This document shows positions 1-8,884 of a stretch of DNA of 64,000 nucleotides, in pieces. Under the pieces are notes generated by a model. That model was not told where the DNA came from. It did no database searches and saw nothing but the letters and a program-made list of their open reading frames with translations. The translations under genes were made by a program, and so were the position numbers. Source of the stretch: Alphaproteobacteria bacterium (lineage in GTDB: Bacteria > Pseudomonadota > Alphaproteobacteria > UBA828); assembly GCA_965214705.1 (NCBI GenBank), contig CBDCCI010000002.1, forward strand, positions 160,001 through 224,000. Direction: 5' to 3'. Numbering within the stretch: position 1 is the stretch's first letter; every line of letters begins with the position of its first letter.

Positions 1-1221
1 GTCGATACCGGCGGCACCACCTTCGACGTGAGCCTGGTGCGCAGCGGCCAGGTCAAGTACACCCGCGACACGTGGCTGCTGGGCGAGTGGATCGGCCACA
101 ACCTTGGCCTCTCCTCGGTGGACGTGCGCAGCGTGGGCGCCGGCGGCGGCTCGATCGCCTGGATCGACGCGGGCGGGCTGCTCCGCGTCGGCCCGCAGAG
201 CGCGGGCGCGCGCCCCGGCCCGGCCTGCTACGGCCAGGGCGGCGAGGAGCCCACCGTCACCGATGCCGCCGTGGTGCTCGGCTACATCGACCCCGACTAC
301 TTCCTCGGCGGGCGCATGAGCCTCGATGTCGCCGCCGCAGCCACGGCGATCGAGCAGGTCGCAGCCCCCCTCAAGCTCTCCGCCGACGAGGCCGCGTCTG
401 CGGTGCTCACGCTTGCCGGCGAGCAGATGATCAAGGCGATCCAGGAGATCACGGTGCAGGACGGCGTGAACCCCGGCGAGAGCATCATCGTCGCAGGCGG
501 CGGCGCGGCCGGGCTCAACATCATCCCCATCGCCCAGGCTCTCGGCTGCCGCCGGGTGCTGCTGCCGCGCACGGCCGGCGCGCTCAGCGCCTGCGGCGGG
601 CAGTTCTCCAACATCGTCACCGAGTTCAGCGCGAGCCGGTACGCGCATTCCAACACCTTCGACTTCGAGGGCGTCAGCGCGACCCTCTCCGGCATCGCGG
701 CGCGCATGGACGAGTTCGAGGAGAAGCTGCGCGGCCGCAGCATCGAGCGCTTCGGCCGCGAGTACTTTGTCGAGGCCCGCTACATCAACCAGCAGTGGGA
801 GATGGAAATCCCCATGCCCATGGACCGCTTCGAGACGGACGCGGACGTGGAGCGGCTGGTGGAGACCTTCCACGATGTCCACTTCCGCCGCTATGCGGTG
901 AAGGAAGAAGGCGGCGCCATCGAGTGCATCAACTGGAAGGGGCGGATCACAGCGTTCCTCGACAAGCCGTCGTTCCCGGCCGAGCCGATGACGGAGGCTG
1001 CGCTGCCCAAGCCGCGCCGCAACACGCGCGCCTACTTCGGCGAGGCCGGGACCTTGGACACGCCCTTCCATCTCGGCGATGATCTGATGCCCGGCATGGT
1101 GCTGAAGGGGCCGGCCATCGTCGAAGAGCCCACCACGACGATCGTCGTCTATCCGGGCTCGACGGCGACCGTGACCGCTGGACGGAACTACCTGCTGGAG
1201 ACCGGCGCCGCCGGCGCCTGA
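1..1221 (+). CDS. Hydantoinase/oxoprolinase subunit A (5'-truncated by window edge)
   Basis: Frame is open from base 1 (VDTGGTTFDVS); motifs SVGAGGGSIAW, GPQSAGARPGPACYG, PTVTDA. Confidence 0.93.
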   Translation, partial: VDTGGTTFDVSLVRSGQVKYTRDTWLLGEWIGHNLGLSSVDVRSVGAGGGSIAWIDAGGLLRVGPQSAGARPGPACYGQGGEEPTVTDAAVVLGYIDPDYFLGGRMSLDVAAAATAIEQVAAPLKLSADEAASAVLTLAGEQMIKAIQEITVQDGVNPGESIIVAGGGAAGLNIIPIAQALGCRRVLLPRTAGALSACGGQFSNIVTEFSASRYAHSNTFDFEGVSATLSGIAARMDEFEEKLRGRSIERFGREYFVEARYINQQWEMEIPMPMDRFETDADVERLVETFHDVHFRRYAVKEEGGAIECINWKGRITAFLDKPSFPAEPMTEAALPKPRRNTRAYFGEAGTLDTPFHLGDDLMPGMVLKGPAIVEEPTTTIVVYPGSTATVTAGRNYLLETGAAGA

Positions 1222-1232
1222 GGGAGGAAGCG

Positions 1233-3050
1233 ATGGCACAAGCACTCGCCGACGCTGGGCGGGAGAACCGCATCAACCCGGTTCTGCTGCCGGTTATGGC
1301 GAACCGCATGGACGCGGTCTGCCGAGAGATGACCAACACCATGCTGCTGGCGGCGCGCTCGTCCGTCATCGGCATGGCGCGCGACTTCTCGTGCGCGGTC
1401 ATCACGTCGGACAACCAGGTGCTGGCCGTGGCCGAGGGCTTCCCCATCCACGTCTGGGGCACCAACATCCAGACCAGGTCGATGCAGGACCTGCATCCCG
1501 ACTATGCCGAGGGCGATGCCTTCCTCCACAACGACCCCTACCTCGGCAACACGCACCCGGCGGACCACACCATCCTTGTGCCGGTGTTCCACGAGGGGGA
1601 GCACTTCTTTACCGTCGCGGTGAAGGCGCATCAGGCCGATGTCGGGAACAGCCTGCCCACCACCTACATGGCGCAGGCCGCGGACGTCTATCAGGAAGGC
1701 GCGCTGATCTTCCCCTGCGTCCAGGTGCAGCGGGATTTTCGGGACATCGACGACATCATCCGCATGTGCGAGCGCCGCATCCGCGTGCCCGAGCAGTGGT
1801 ACGGCGACTATCTCGCCGCCGTGGGCGCGGCCCGCATCGGCGAGCGCTCGCTCAAGGCCTTCATCGCCAAATACGGCGCCCACACGGTGCGCCACTTCAC
1901 CGAGGAGTGGTTCGATTATTCCGAGCGCCGCTGCATCGAGGCGATTCGCGCGCTGCCCAAGGGCAAGCTCAAGGGCGCGCAGGCGCACGATCCGGTCGAG
2001 CCCTGGGTGCCGGACGGCATCCCCATCAACGTCACCATCGACATCGACCCCGACGCGGCCAAGGTGACGGTGGACCTGCGCGACAACATCGATTGCATCG
2101 ACGCGGGCCTCAACCTCACCGAGACCACGTCGACCATGGCGGCGGTGCAGGGCGTGCTCACCTGCCTCGGCGAGGACCTGCCGCCCAACTCCGGCACCAT
2201 GCGGCGCATCGAGGTGCTGCTGCGCGAGAACTGCGCGGTGGGCATTCCGCGCTTCCCGCACAGCTGCTCGGTGGCGACCACCAACCTCACCGACGTGATC
2301 GTCAACGTGACTCAGTCGGCCTTCGCCGAGCTTGGCGACGGCCAGGGTTTTGCGCACGGCAACTACTGTAACTCGGCCGCAGCCGGCGTCGCCTCCGGCA
2401 CCGACTGGCGGCGCGACGGCGAGCGCTACATCAACCAGATGTTCATGATGGGCGGCGGCGGCGGCGCATCGGCCGAGAACGACGGCATGCACTACCTCTT
2501 CGTGCCGGTGGCGGCTGGCCTGCTCTACCGCGACAGCATCGAGATCAACGAGCAGCGCTTCCCCGTACTCATCGACAAGATGCACGTGGTCACCGATTCC
2601 ATGGGCCACGGGCGCAGGCGCGGCGGGCCCGCGACCGAGGTGATCATGGGGCCGCGCAACGATCCCATGCGCATTCTTCACGTCTGCAACGGGCTCGAGA
2701 GCGCGCCCAAGGGCGTGCGCGGCGGCACCGGCTCCCAGCTCGGCGGCAATGCCAAGATCGAGCGGGACGGCTCGGAGCACCCCTATCCGGCGGTCATGGT
2801 GTGCGACCTGGAAGGCGGCGAGCGGCTGCGCGCGCGGGATCAGGGCGGCGGCGGCTACGGCAGCCCGCTGGAGCGCGAGACCCATCGCGTGCTCAACGAC
2901 GTGGCCGAGCGCTATATCACCGTGGAAACGGCACGCGAGACCTATGGCGTCGCCGTCACCGGCAACGTGGAGGATGACTCCCTCGCCGTGGACGAGGCCA
3001 CGACCGCCCAGCTCCGGGCCTCCATGAACGGCGGCGGCGCTACGGCCTAG
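1233..3050 (+). CDS. Hydantoinase B/oxoprolinase subunit
   Basis: NDPYLGNTHPAD, H-Q-A-D metal-site region, C-terminal GGGGYG; GGAGG RBS; adjacent to subunit A. Confidence 0.93.
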   Translation: MAQALADAGRENRINPVLLPVMANRMDAVCREMTNTMLLAARSSVIGMARDFSCAVITSDNQVLAVAEGFPIHVWGTNIQTRSMQDLHPDYAEGDAFLHNDPYLGNTHPADHTILVPVFHEGEHFFTVAVKAHQADVGNSLPTTYMAQAADVYQEGALIFPCVQVQRDFRDIDDIIRMCERRIRVPEQWYGDYLAAVGAARIGERSLKAFIAKYGAHTVRHFTEEWFDYSERRCIEAIRALPKGKLKGAQAHDPVEPWVPDGIPINVTIDIDPDAAKVTVDLRDNIDCIDAGLNLTETTSTMAAVQGVLTCLGEDLPPNSGTMRRIEVLLRENCAVGIPRFPHSCSVATTNLTDVIVNVTQSAFAELGDGQGFAHGNYCNSAAAGVASGTDWRRDGERYINQMFMMGGGGGASAENDGMHYLFVPVAAGLLYRDSIEINEQRFPVLIDKMHVVTDSMGHGRRRGGPATEVIMGPRNDPMRILHVCNGLESAPKGVRGGTGSQLGGNAKIERDGSEHPYPAVMVCDLEGGERLRARDQGGGGYGSPLERETHRVLNDVAERYITVETARETYGVAVTGNVEDDSLAVDEATTAQLRASMNGGGATA

Positions 3051-3090
3051 GGGCTCAAGCGGCACCGGAAGCTGCGTCGCGGGGGCACCC

Positions 3091-3864
3091 GTGCCGATCA
3101 CCCTCCCCGGCAAGACGGCGATCGTCACCGGCGCCGGCCGCGGCATCGGCAAGGCGGTGGCCGAGGTCTTCGCCCGCGAGGGCGCACGCGTGCTCGTGGT
3201 GAACCGCAGCCCCGAGGCCGGCCAGAGCGCCACCGATGCCATCGTGGCCGAAGGGCTGGAGGCCTCGTTCCTCCAGGCCGACGTGCGCAGCAAGGCGGAC
3301 ATGGAGCGCATGGCCCAAGTCTGTATCGAGCGCTACGGCCGCATCGACATCCTTTGCCTCAACGCTGGCATCTATCCCAACGCCCTCATCGCCGACATGA
3401 CCGAGGCGATGTGGGACGATGTGATGGACACCAACCTCAAGGGCGTGTTCTTCGCGGTCCAGGCGTGCCTGCCGCAGATGAAGAGCCAGCGTACCGGGCG
3501 CCTCCTCGTCGTCTCGTCGATCACCGGCCCCCGCGTGGGCCTGCCGGACGTGAGCTGCTACATGGCATCCAAGGGCGGGGTGAACGCTTTCGTGCGGGGC
3601 GCTGCGCTGGAGCTTGCGCCTTTCGGCATCACCGCCAACACGGTCTCACCCGGCTCGATCCTGACCGAGGGCATCGCCCAGGCCCGCGGCGACGCGGCGG
3701 TGGCGGAGTTCAGCCGGGTGATTCCCGCCGGCCACCTGGGCGATCCGGAGGACGTGGCCTACGCGCTCCTCTACCTCGCGTCGGACCAGGCCCGCTTCCT
3801 CACCGGCCACGACATCGTGCTCGACGGCGGGCAGATCCTGCCGGAGCGCCCGCTCGGCGCCTGA
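3091..3864 (+). CDS. SDR family oxidoreductase (FabG-like)
   Basis: TGAGRGIG, LNAG, YMASK catalytic motif. Confidence 0.92.
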   Translation: MPITLPGKTAIVTGAGRGIGKAVAEVFAREGARVLVVNRSPEAGQSATDAIVAEGLEASFLQADVRSKADMERMAQVCIERYGRIDILCLNAGIYPNALIADMTEAMWDDVMDTNLKGVFFAVQACLPQMKSQRTGRLLVVSSITGPRVGLPDVSCYMASKGGVNAFVRGAALELAPFGITANTVSPGSILTEGIAQARGDAAVAEFSRVIPAGHLGDPEDVAYALLYLASDQARFLTGHDIVLDGGQILPERPLGA

Positions 3865-3868
3865 GCGC
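3807..3868 (+). repeat. Left copy of a 62-bp direct repeat (3' end of the SDR gene)
   Basis: Aligns without gaps to 7078-7139 with 5 mismatches. Confidence 0.93.
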
Positions 3869-3947
3869 ACCGGCGGCGGTGCGGCGCCGGCGGCAATGCC
3901 GCCGTCCACGTACCAACTGTCATGGTGGTGATCTCTTTGTGTCGTTG

Positions 3948-3999
3948 CTTGTCAGACAAGAGATAGTAATCAAGCCGATTGTCGACAAGATATTGATTA
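3948..3999. promoter_or_regulatory. Dyad-symmetric putative protein-binding sites
   Basis: CTTGTCAGACAAG (3948-3960); TAATCAA-N5-TTGTCGACAA-N4-TTGATTA (3967-3999). Confidence 0.45.
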
Positions 4000-4005
4000 T
4001 GAATT

Positions 4006-5319
4006 TTAGAGACCGTCCTGGATGAGTTTTCCGAATAAAGAGTCTATTGTGAAGGACACTGTATTCCCGTCATAGAGATCGGCGGCATTTGCCACTGCCA
4101 AGTACGCGACACTGCGTTGGGGCGCGATCCAAAGATTGGCATACCACCACGTATTGCTCCCGGCATGATATAGCTTATCTCCAGCTGCCCAATCTTCTTC
4201 TTGTACGCCCCAACCCGCCGCATAATTTTCTGGAGAGCGGCCAGGACGAACTAGTTCATTTAGCATATCGCGATTAAGAATTTCCGGCTGGCGATTGGGA
4301 AACCAAAGCTGAATGAACTTCGCATAATCCGCAACCGAAAGATGTACCGTTCCCGCAGGCCCTAGCGATGGGTCGTTATCGAATTGGTTGGGTTTCCAGG
4401 CGCCTCCCTTAAGGAACCTCTGATTTATCAGGGGTTCCCGTGGCACAGGGATGTGCCACCATTTTCGGTAGCTGTAAGTCACTGAAAATGTGAGCAAAGC
4501 GGAAAGCGCGCTTCCGCCTTGCGCGTCTGAGAAATGCAGGAGGCACTTATTCAGACCTTCCTTAAGACTATGCCCCCACGGCTGATCGACCTTGCGCGGC
4601 GTGCCCGGGGGGCCGAATCCTGCGCTGGTCATACCGAGCGGGTTGAAGAGACGCTCCTGCATCAACGTTTCCCAGCTCTTCTTGGTACGCCCTTCCGCTA
4701 GGAGCGCTGCAACCACGTACGAAAGATTCGAATAGAGAAACTTGCCTTTCGGGCCGGCAGGCGCCTGCTTCAGGCTGCCCCTGACAATTGCGTAGCGTCG
4801 TTTCCTTATATTGGATTGTTTACTGTATGCTCCCCAATTCTTGGCATTGGGCGGCATACCCCCTTCCATTCGAACCATTTGGGAAAGAGTAACCGAACGG
4901 TACTTCGCATGAATTTTCTTCGCGAGTTTGGGATAGACATCCCCGATGGTCGTGTCCCAGCCCTTTGGGAACGTGCCATCCGCAACCAGCGTCGCCAGCA
5001 TCGTGGCCGTCATGGCTTTCGTGTTGGAGCCGATGTGCACCAGGTCATTCGCCTTCATCGACGAACGAGAGCCCTGTCTGCGAAGACCGGCCGCCCCGAT
5101 GGCCTTCACACCGTTCTCGTCGATCACCGCAGCAATCAGTCCAGGCGACTCTCCGCGCTCGACCGGCCCGGTCAGATAGTCGGAAAGGTCGATGGGCGGC
5201 GCTGATGGTGGCTTATCCGTTTCCTGACTGTAACCAACGCCATAGGCACACAGCACCGCCGCGAATAAGGCGAGAAACACTACAGAATCGGGGACGATGT
5301 TGCCTCTCTTGAGCTTCAT
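4006..5319 (-). CDS. Secreted serine hydrolase (beta-lactamase/AmpC-like family) carrying a 51-aa in-frame MITE insert
   Basis: Signal-peptide-like N-terminus after ATG 5319; SxxK (SNTK), YSN and HAGS motifs; lower GC than flanks. Confidence 0.85.
   Translation of the reverse strand: MKLKRGNIVPDSVVFLALFAAVLCAYGVGYSQETDKPPSAPPIDLSDYLTGPVERGESPGLIAAVIDENGVKAIGAAGLRRQGSRSSMKANDLVHIGSNTKAMTATMLATLVADGTFPKGWDTTIGDVYPKLAKKIHAKYRSVTLSQMVRMEGGMPPNAKNWGAYSKQSNIRKRRYAIVRGSLKQAPAGPKGKFLYSNLSYVVAALLAEGRTKKSWETLMQERLFNPLGMTSAGFGPPGTPRKVDQPWGHSLKEGLNKCLLHFSDAQGGSALSALLTFSVTYSYRKWWHIPVPREPLINQRFLKGGAWKPNQFDNDPSLGPAGTVHLSVADYAKFIQLWFPNRQPEILNRDMLNELVRPGRSPENYAAGWGVQEEDWAAGDKLYHAGSNTWWYANLWIAPQRSVAYLAVANAADLYDGNTVSFTIDSLFGKLIQDGL
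4413..4561. mobile_element. 149-bp IS5-type MITE with TTAA target duplication
   Basis: TTAA at 4409-4412 and 4562-4565; ends GGAACCTCTGATTTAT and CTTATTCAGACCTTCC (reverse complement GGAAGGTCTGAATAAG, resembling the IS5 end GGAAGGTGCGAATAAG). Confidence 0.88.
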
Positions 5320-5356
5320 CTCCCCACCCCGATCATCGTAATTCACAATATTGCGT

Positions 5357-5384
5357 ATAATACTAGCAGATGAGCCACTTGCAA
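5357..5384 (-). promoter_or_regulatory. Putative IS-created hybrid sigma70 promoter for the serine hydrolase
   Basis: TTGCAA inside the IS terminal repeat, 16-bp spacer, TATTAT in flanking DNA; ATG lies 38 bp downstream. Confidence 0.5.
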
Positions 5385-6873
5385 AACTCCCAGGCGCGGT
5401 CTGCTTTTCCCGAGAGCCCGGCGTGAGGACATTGACGGTCGGAACGTAACATGAACTTCGGGACGAGCGGACGTCGCTGGCTGCCGCCGGGGCGCCGATT
5501 CGCCGCAAACCGATGCCCATGCGGGCGCATTTTGGACCCGCCGTCGCGATGCGGACATGGCTTTTTGCGCCTCCGCGGAGGGAGGCGTGCCGGCGTGACA
5601 GCGACGGAGGCGCCGCTCAGGCCAGGAGGCGCATCAGCTGGTCGACCGTCAGCACCAGGATGCCGAACATCAGGTGGCAATGAACCTTGGCATGGCCGCG
5701 CACGCGGACATGGCGGCCCCCGCAGTTGTCCTTCAGCCCACCGTTGATGCGCTCGATGTTCGAGCGCTCGTTGTAGCGCTCGTCCGCCGGGTGGCGGTGA
5801 CCGACGCCTCTCTGCGCCCTGGCCTCGCGCGCCAGCTCCTCCTTGTACTCCTTGTCGCGAGGGTTGACGTCGATGATCGGGACGTGGCCCAGCAGGTAGC
5901 TGTGCCAGCCGATCTCGGGCGCGTCATAGGCTGAGTCCATGAGGTCGTACAGATTGGTGACGCGGTCGGCGGTCATACTCGCCAGCGGGATCGCGGCCTG
6001 GCTGTCGTGCAGCGAGGCGGACGTCAGGATGCAACTGATCGGAATGCCGCCATCGGCGGCGTCGATGTGCAGCTTGTAACCGATCCACGATGTGGTATGG
6101 CCCCTGGCGTTGCGCTTGGTGCCGACGTCGCAGGCTTTCGGCAGGTCGTCGAGCATCTGGGGCAAGCTCATCGTGAGCTGGCGTTTCACGCGGCGCTCCT
6201 CCTTGGGCCGCTCCTCGCCCTTGCGCGGGCGGCCGCGCTTGCGCTTCGGCTTCTCCGCCTTGGGCTTGGGCTGAGGCTTCTCGCGCGCCTCGATCGCCGT
6301 CGAGTCGCGCGAGACGTGCCCGACCAGATGGTCTCCGAGGGTCTGCTTGATCAGCGCCTCATGCACGCGAGCGGGCAACGCACTCTCGGAGAACTCCGCA
6401 AACGCCCGCGAAAACGTCGCCTCGCTCGGGATCTCTGCGGCATAGGTCCAGCCGCAGAGACGGCGTAGCGTCTTGTCGTTCTCAAGGCGCTCGATCAGGG
6501 CGCGCGTCGTGGGTACGTCGAACACCGCCTTGGCGATGAAGGCGCGGGCCAAGGCCGCCCGATCCTCGACCGGCCGACCGGGCAGGCCATGGAAATGGGG
6601 AAGGAAGCTCTCGACCCGCGCAAGCTCAAGCACGGTGACGAAGCGCCGGTACCTCTCGCCGAGCGGCCCGAGCTCCTCCTCAAGCCACGGGAAAAGATCC
6701 GCTTGAATGTGATGCCAGAATCCGGATAGTGTCTGTCCCAGCGACATGGGGCCGCCCTCTCCGTCGACGTTGTCCGAAACCCGACAGGAACAGAGAGCGG
6801 TCCCGATTTCCAGGACAATCTGACCGCCACGGCGGCAAAATCCCGCTCAAATGCGGAATTTTGCAAGTGGCTC
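5372..6873 (-). mobile_element. Complete 1502-bp insertion sequence (IS1182/IS5-like DDE)
   Basis: Terminal inverted repeats GAGCCACTTGCAAAA / TTTTGCAAGTGGCTC; AGAT duplication at 5368-5371 and 6874-6877. Confidence 0.93.
5617..6747 (-). CDS. DDE transposase
   Basis: PSEATFSR, RDSTAI, GYKLHI, DSAYD and Y..R..IER motifs; lies inside the terminal repeats. Confidence 0.93.
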   Translation of the reverse strand: MSLGQTLSGFWHHIQADLFPWLEEELGPLGERYRRFVTVLELARVESFLPHFHGLPGRPVEDRAALARAFIAKAVFDVPTTRALIERLENDKTLRRLCGWTYAAEIPSEATFSRAFAEFSESALPARVHEALIKQTLGDHLVGHVSRDSTAIEAREKPQPKPKAEKPKRKRGRPRKGEERPKEERRVKRQLTMSLPQMLDDLPKACDVGTKRNARGHTTSWIGYKLHIDAADGGIPISCILTSASLHDSQAAIPLASMTADRVTNLYDLMDSAYDAPEIGWHSYLLGHVPIIDVNPRDKEYKEELAREARAQRGVGHRHPADERYNERSNIERINGGLKDNCGGRHVRVRGHAKVHCHLMFGILVLTVDQLMRLLA

Positions 6874-7077
6874 AGATCATATCGAGTTCTTCAGCACCTT
6901 GTCGTTTCCAATTTAAGGACGTGTGCCTAAAGGCTGTCAGCATCGCTCAATGCTCGCATCGTGAACGACGGATCGGTCCTCTCGGCCAGACGTCCGCTCA
7001 CAAGGTTGGTTGGACGGAGACGGGAGAACCTTGGTCAAGGCGATGGTCGGAACGATCTCAGGCGACAGCGAGGTTCA

Positions 7078-7139
7078 CCACGACATCGTGCTCGACGGCG
7101 GGCAAATATTGCCGGAGAGGCCGCTCGGCGCCTGAGCGC
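7078..7139 (+). repeat. Right copy of the 62-bp direct repeat (orphan SDR 3' end)
   Basis: Encodes the same HDIVLDGGQILPERPLGA* with only synonymous differences. Confidence 0.93.
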
Positions 7140-7170
7140 GGATCAGCGGGCGCTGCCCGGACCGCGCGGA

Positions 7171-7506
7171 TCAAAGCGCGGCGAGAGCGTCCTCCCTGGA
7201 AGGGTGGACCGGGATCAGCTGATCCATGCCGCTGAGCTTAATCACCTTCGCGATGGGTTTCGGCGGCGAGCACACCGCGAACCCCGCATCGCGCTTCTCG
7301 AGCTCGGACGCGGTCATGAAGACGACGCGAAGCCCCGCACTGCCGAGGTACTCGAGTTTTTCGAAGTCCATGACGACCGCCCGATCATCGTCCCCGGTCT
7401 CGGCTCTGACATCGCTCAGGAAGCCCGCGGCGCTAGCCGCTTCCAGCCGCCCGCTCGCGGAGACGAACAGCACACCGTCACGACGCTCGAATGTCACTTC
7501 CACCAC
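7171..7506 (-). CDS. STAS domain anti-sigma-factor antagonist
   Basis: DFEKLEYLGSAGLRV phosphoacceptor motif; 111 aa. Confidence 0.88.
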   Translation of the reverse strand: MVEVTFERRDGVLFVSASGRLEAASAAGFLSDVRAETGDDDRAVVMDFEKLEYLGSAGLRVVFMTASELEKRDAGFAVCSPPKPIAKVIKLSGMDQLIPVHPSREDALAAL

Positions 7507-7766
7507 AGCTGCCCCCCTGTCCGGTCAGCGTTGAGCGCTATCCGTCCTCATAGCGCGAGACGCGCGGTCCGTCCAATTGTGTGCACCGATCTTCCTCTTG
7601 ACGTTATTCGATCTTCATCAGCGCACGTCCTCGGGCGCTTCTTCCGTTGCCGCGAGACGGCGCCCGCTGGCGCTCGTGCGCCGAGAGGAGCCGGGCGCCC
7701 CCCATTGACAGTCGCCGCCGATGGCCCGAGTCTCCGTCCGTTCGCAGCGGGCGGTGCGGGAGAACC

Positions 7767-8873
7767 ATGAGCAGGCCAGGTGGCATCGACTTTGCCTTCG
7801 TTGCGGCGCCTGTGGGCGAGGACGGGCTCTCCGACGCCGCGCTCTACAAGGAGATCCTGGCGGACTGCGACTTCGCCCACCGGGCCGGCTACCGGGCGGC
7901 CTGGATGATCGAGCATCATTTCTCGGACTACTTCCCGACCCCCAACCCGCTGGCCTTCCTCTCCCACATCGCCGCGCGCTTTCCGGATTTCGCGCTCGGC
8001 ACCTGCGTGCTGGTGACGCCCTGGTACGAGCCGCTGCGCCTGGCCGAGGAGATCGCGCAGCTCAACCTGCTCACCGACCGGCCGCTCCACATGGGGCTGG
8101 GCCGGGGCACGGCGAAGTACGAGTACGACGCCTTCGGCGTGCCGATGGAGGAGAGCCGGCAGCGCTTCCGCGAGGTCTGGGAGATCGTGAGCACCGCGCT
8201 CGCCGGCGGGCGCTTCCGCTACGAAGGCAAGTATCTGACCGTGCCGACCCGCGTCGAGCTGCGCCCGCGCTCGGACACGAGCAAGATCAACTTCTACGGC
8301 GCCGTCGGCGGCAGCCCCGATTCTGGGGCGGTGATGGCAGCGCTCGGTTTGCCGCCCATCATGACCGCCTTCAGCAACCTGCCGCTGCAGCGCGAGGCGC
8401 TCTCCGGCTGGAAGGAGGCGGCGCAGGCGCGCGGCATGGACGTGGACGCCTGCCGCTACCCGATGATGATCAACTGCATCATCGCCGACACCGACGACGA
8501 GGCCTACGACCTCGCCAAGCGCTACATCCCGCGCTTCCAACAAGCGCAGATCGACCACTACGAGGCCGATGACGGCCACTTCGAGACGCTGTCGACCTAC
8601 ACCGCCTGGGCCAAGATATTCGCCAAGATGAAGGCGCGCACCGATCCCGCCAACATCCCGCCTTGGGCCGACGGGCAGTTCGTGGGCTCGCCTGAGACGG
8701 TGCGCCAGCGCGTCGCGGATTACGTGGACGCGGGCTTCAACAGCTTTCTCATCCACACGGCGACGCCGGGTGTGCCGCGCCGTCACCGCCAGACCTGGCT
8801 CGGCCGCTTCGCCGACGAGGTGGCGCCCTACTTCGAGGGCGGCGAGGCCTTGCGCGCCGCCGCCGGCGCCTGA
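7767..8873 (+). CDS. LLM class (luciferase-like) flavin-dependent monooxygenase
   Basis: WMIEHHF, PLRLAEEIAQL, GLGRG, VGSPETV motifs. Confidence 0.9.
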   Translation: MSRPGGIDFAFVAAPVGEDGLSDAALYKEILADCDFAHRAGYRAAWMIEHHFSDYFPTPNPLAFLSHIAARFPDFALGTCVLVTPWYEPLRLAEEIAQLNLLTDRPLHMGLGRGTAKYEYDAFGVPMEESRQRFREVWEIVSTALAGGRFRYEGKYLTVPTRVELRPRSDTSKINFYGAVGGSPDSGAVMAALGLPPIMTAFSNLPLQREALSGWKEAAQARGMDVDACRYPMMINCIIADTDDEAYDLAKRYIPRFQQAQIDHYEADDGHFETLSTYTAWAKIFAKMKARTDPANIPPWADGQFVGSPETVRQRVADYVDAGFNSFLIHTATPGVPRRHRQTWLGRFADEVAPYFEGGEALRAAAGA

Positions 8874-8884
8874 CACCGGCATCG

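Noticed and set aside
1188-3311. Long antisense and alternate-frame ORFs here and throughout the window
   Set aside because: Typical high-GC shadow ORFs (Arg/Ala/Pro-rich) overlapping well-supported genes.
5320-5520. N-terminal extension of the serine hydrolase in the ORF track
   Set aside because: It runs into the IS; the ATG at 5319 has an RBS and is followed by a signal peptide.
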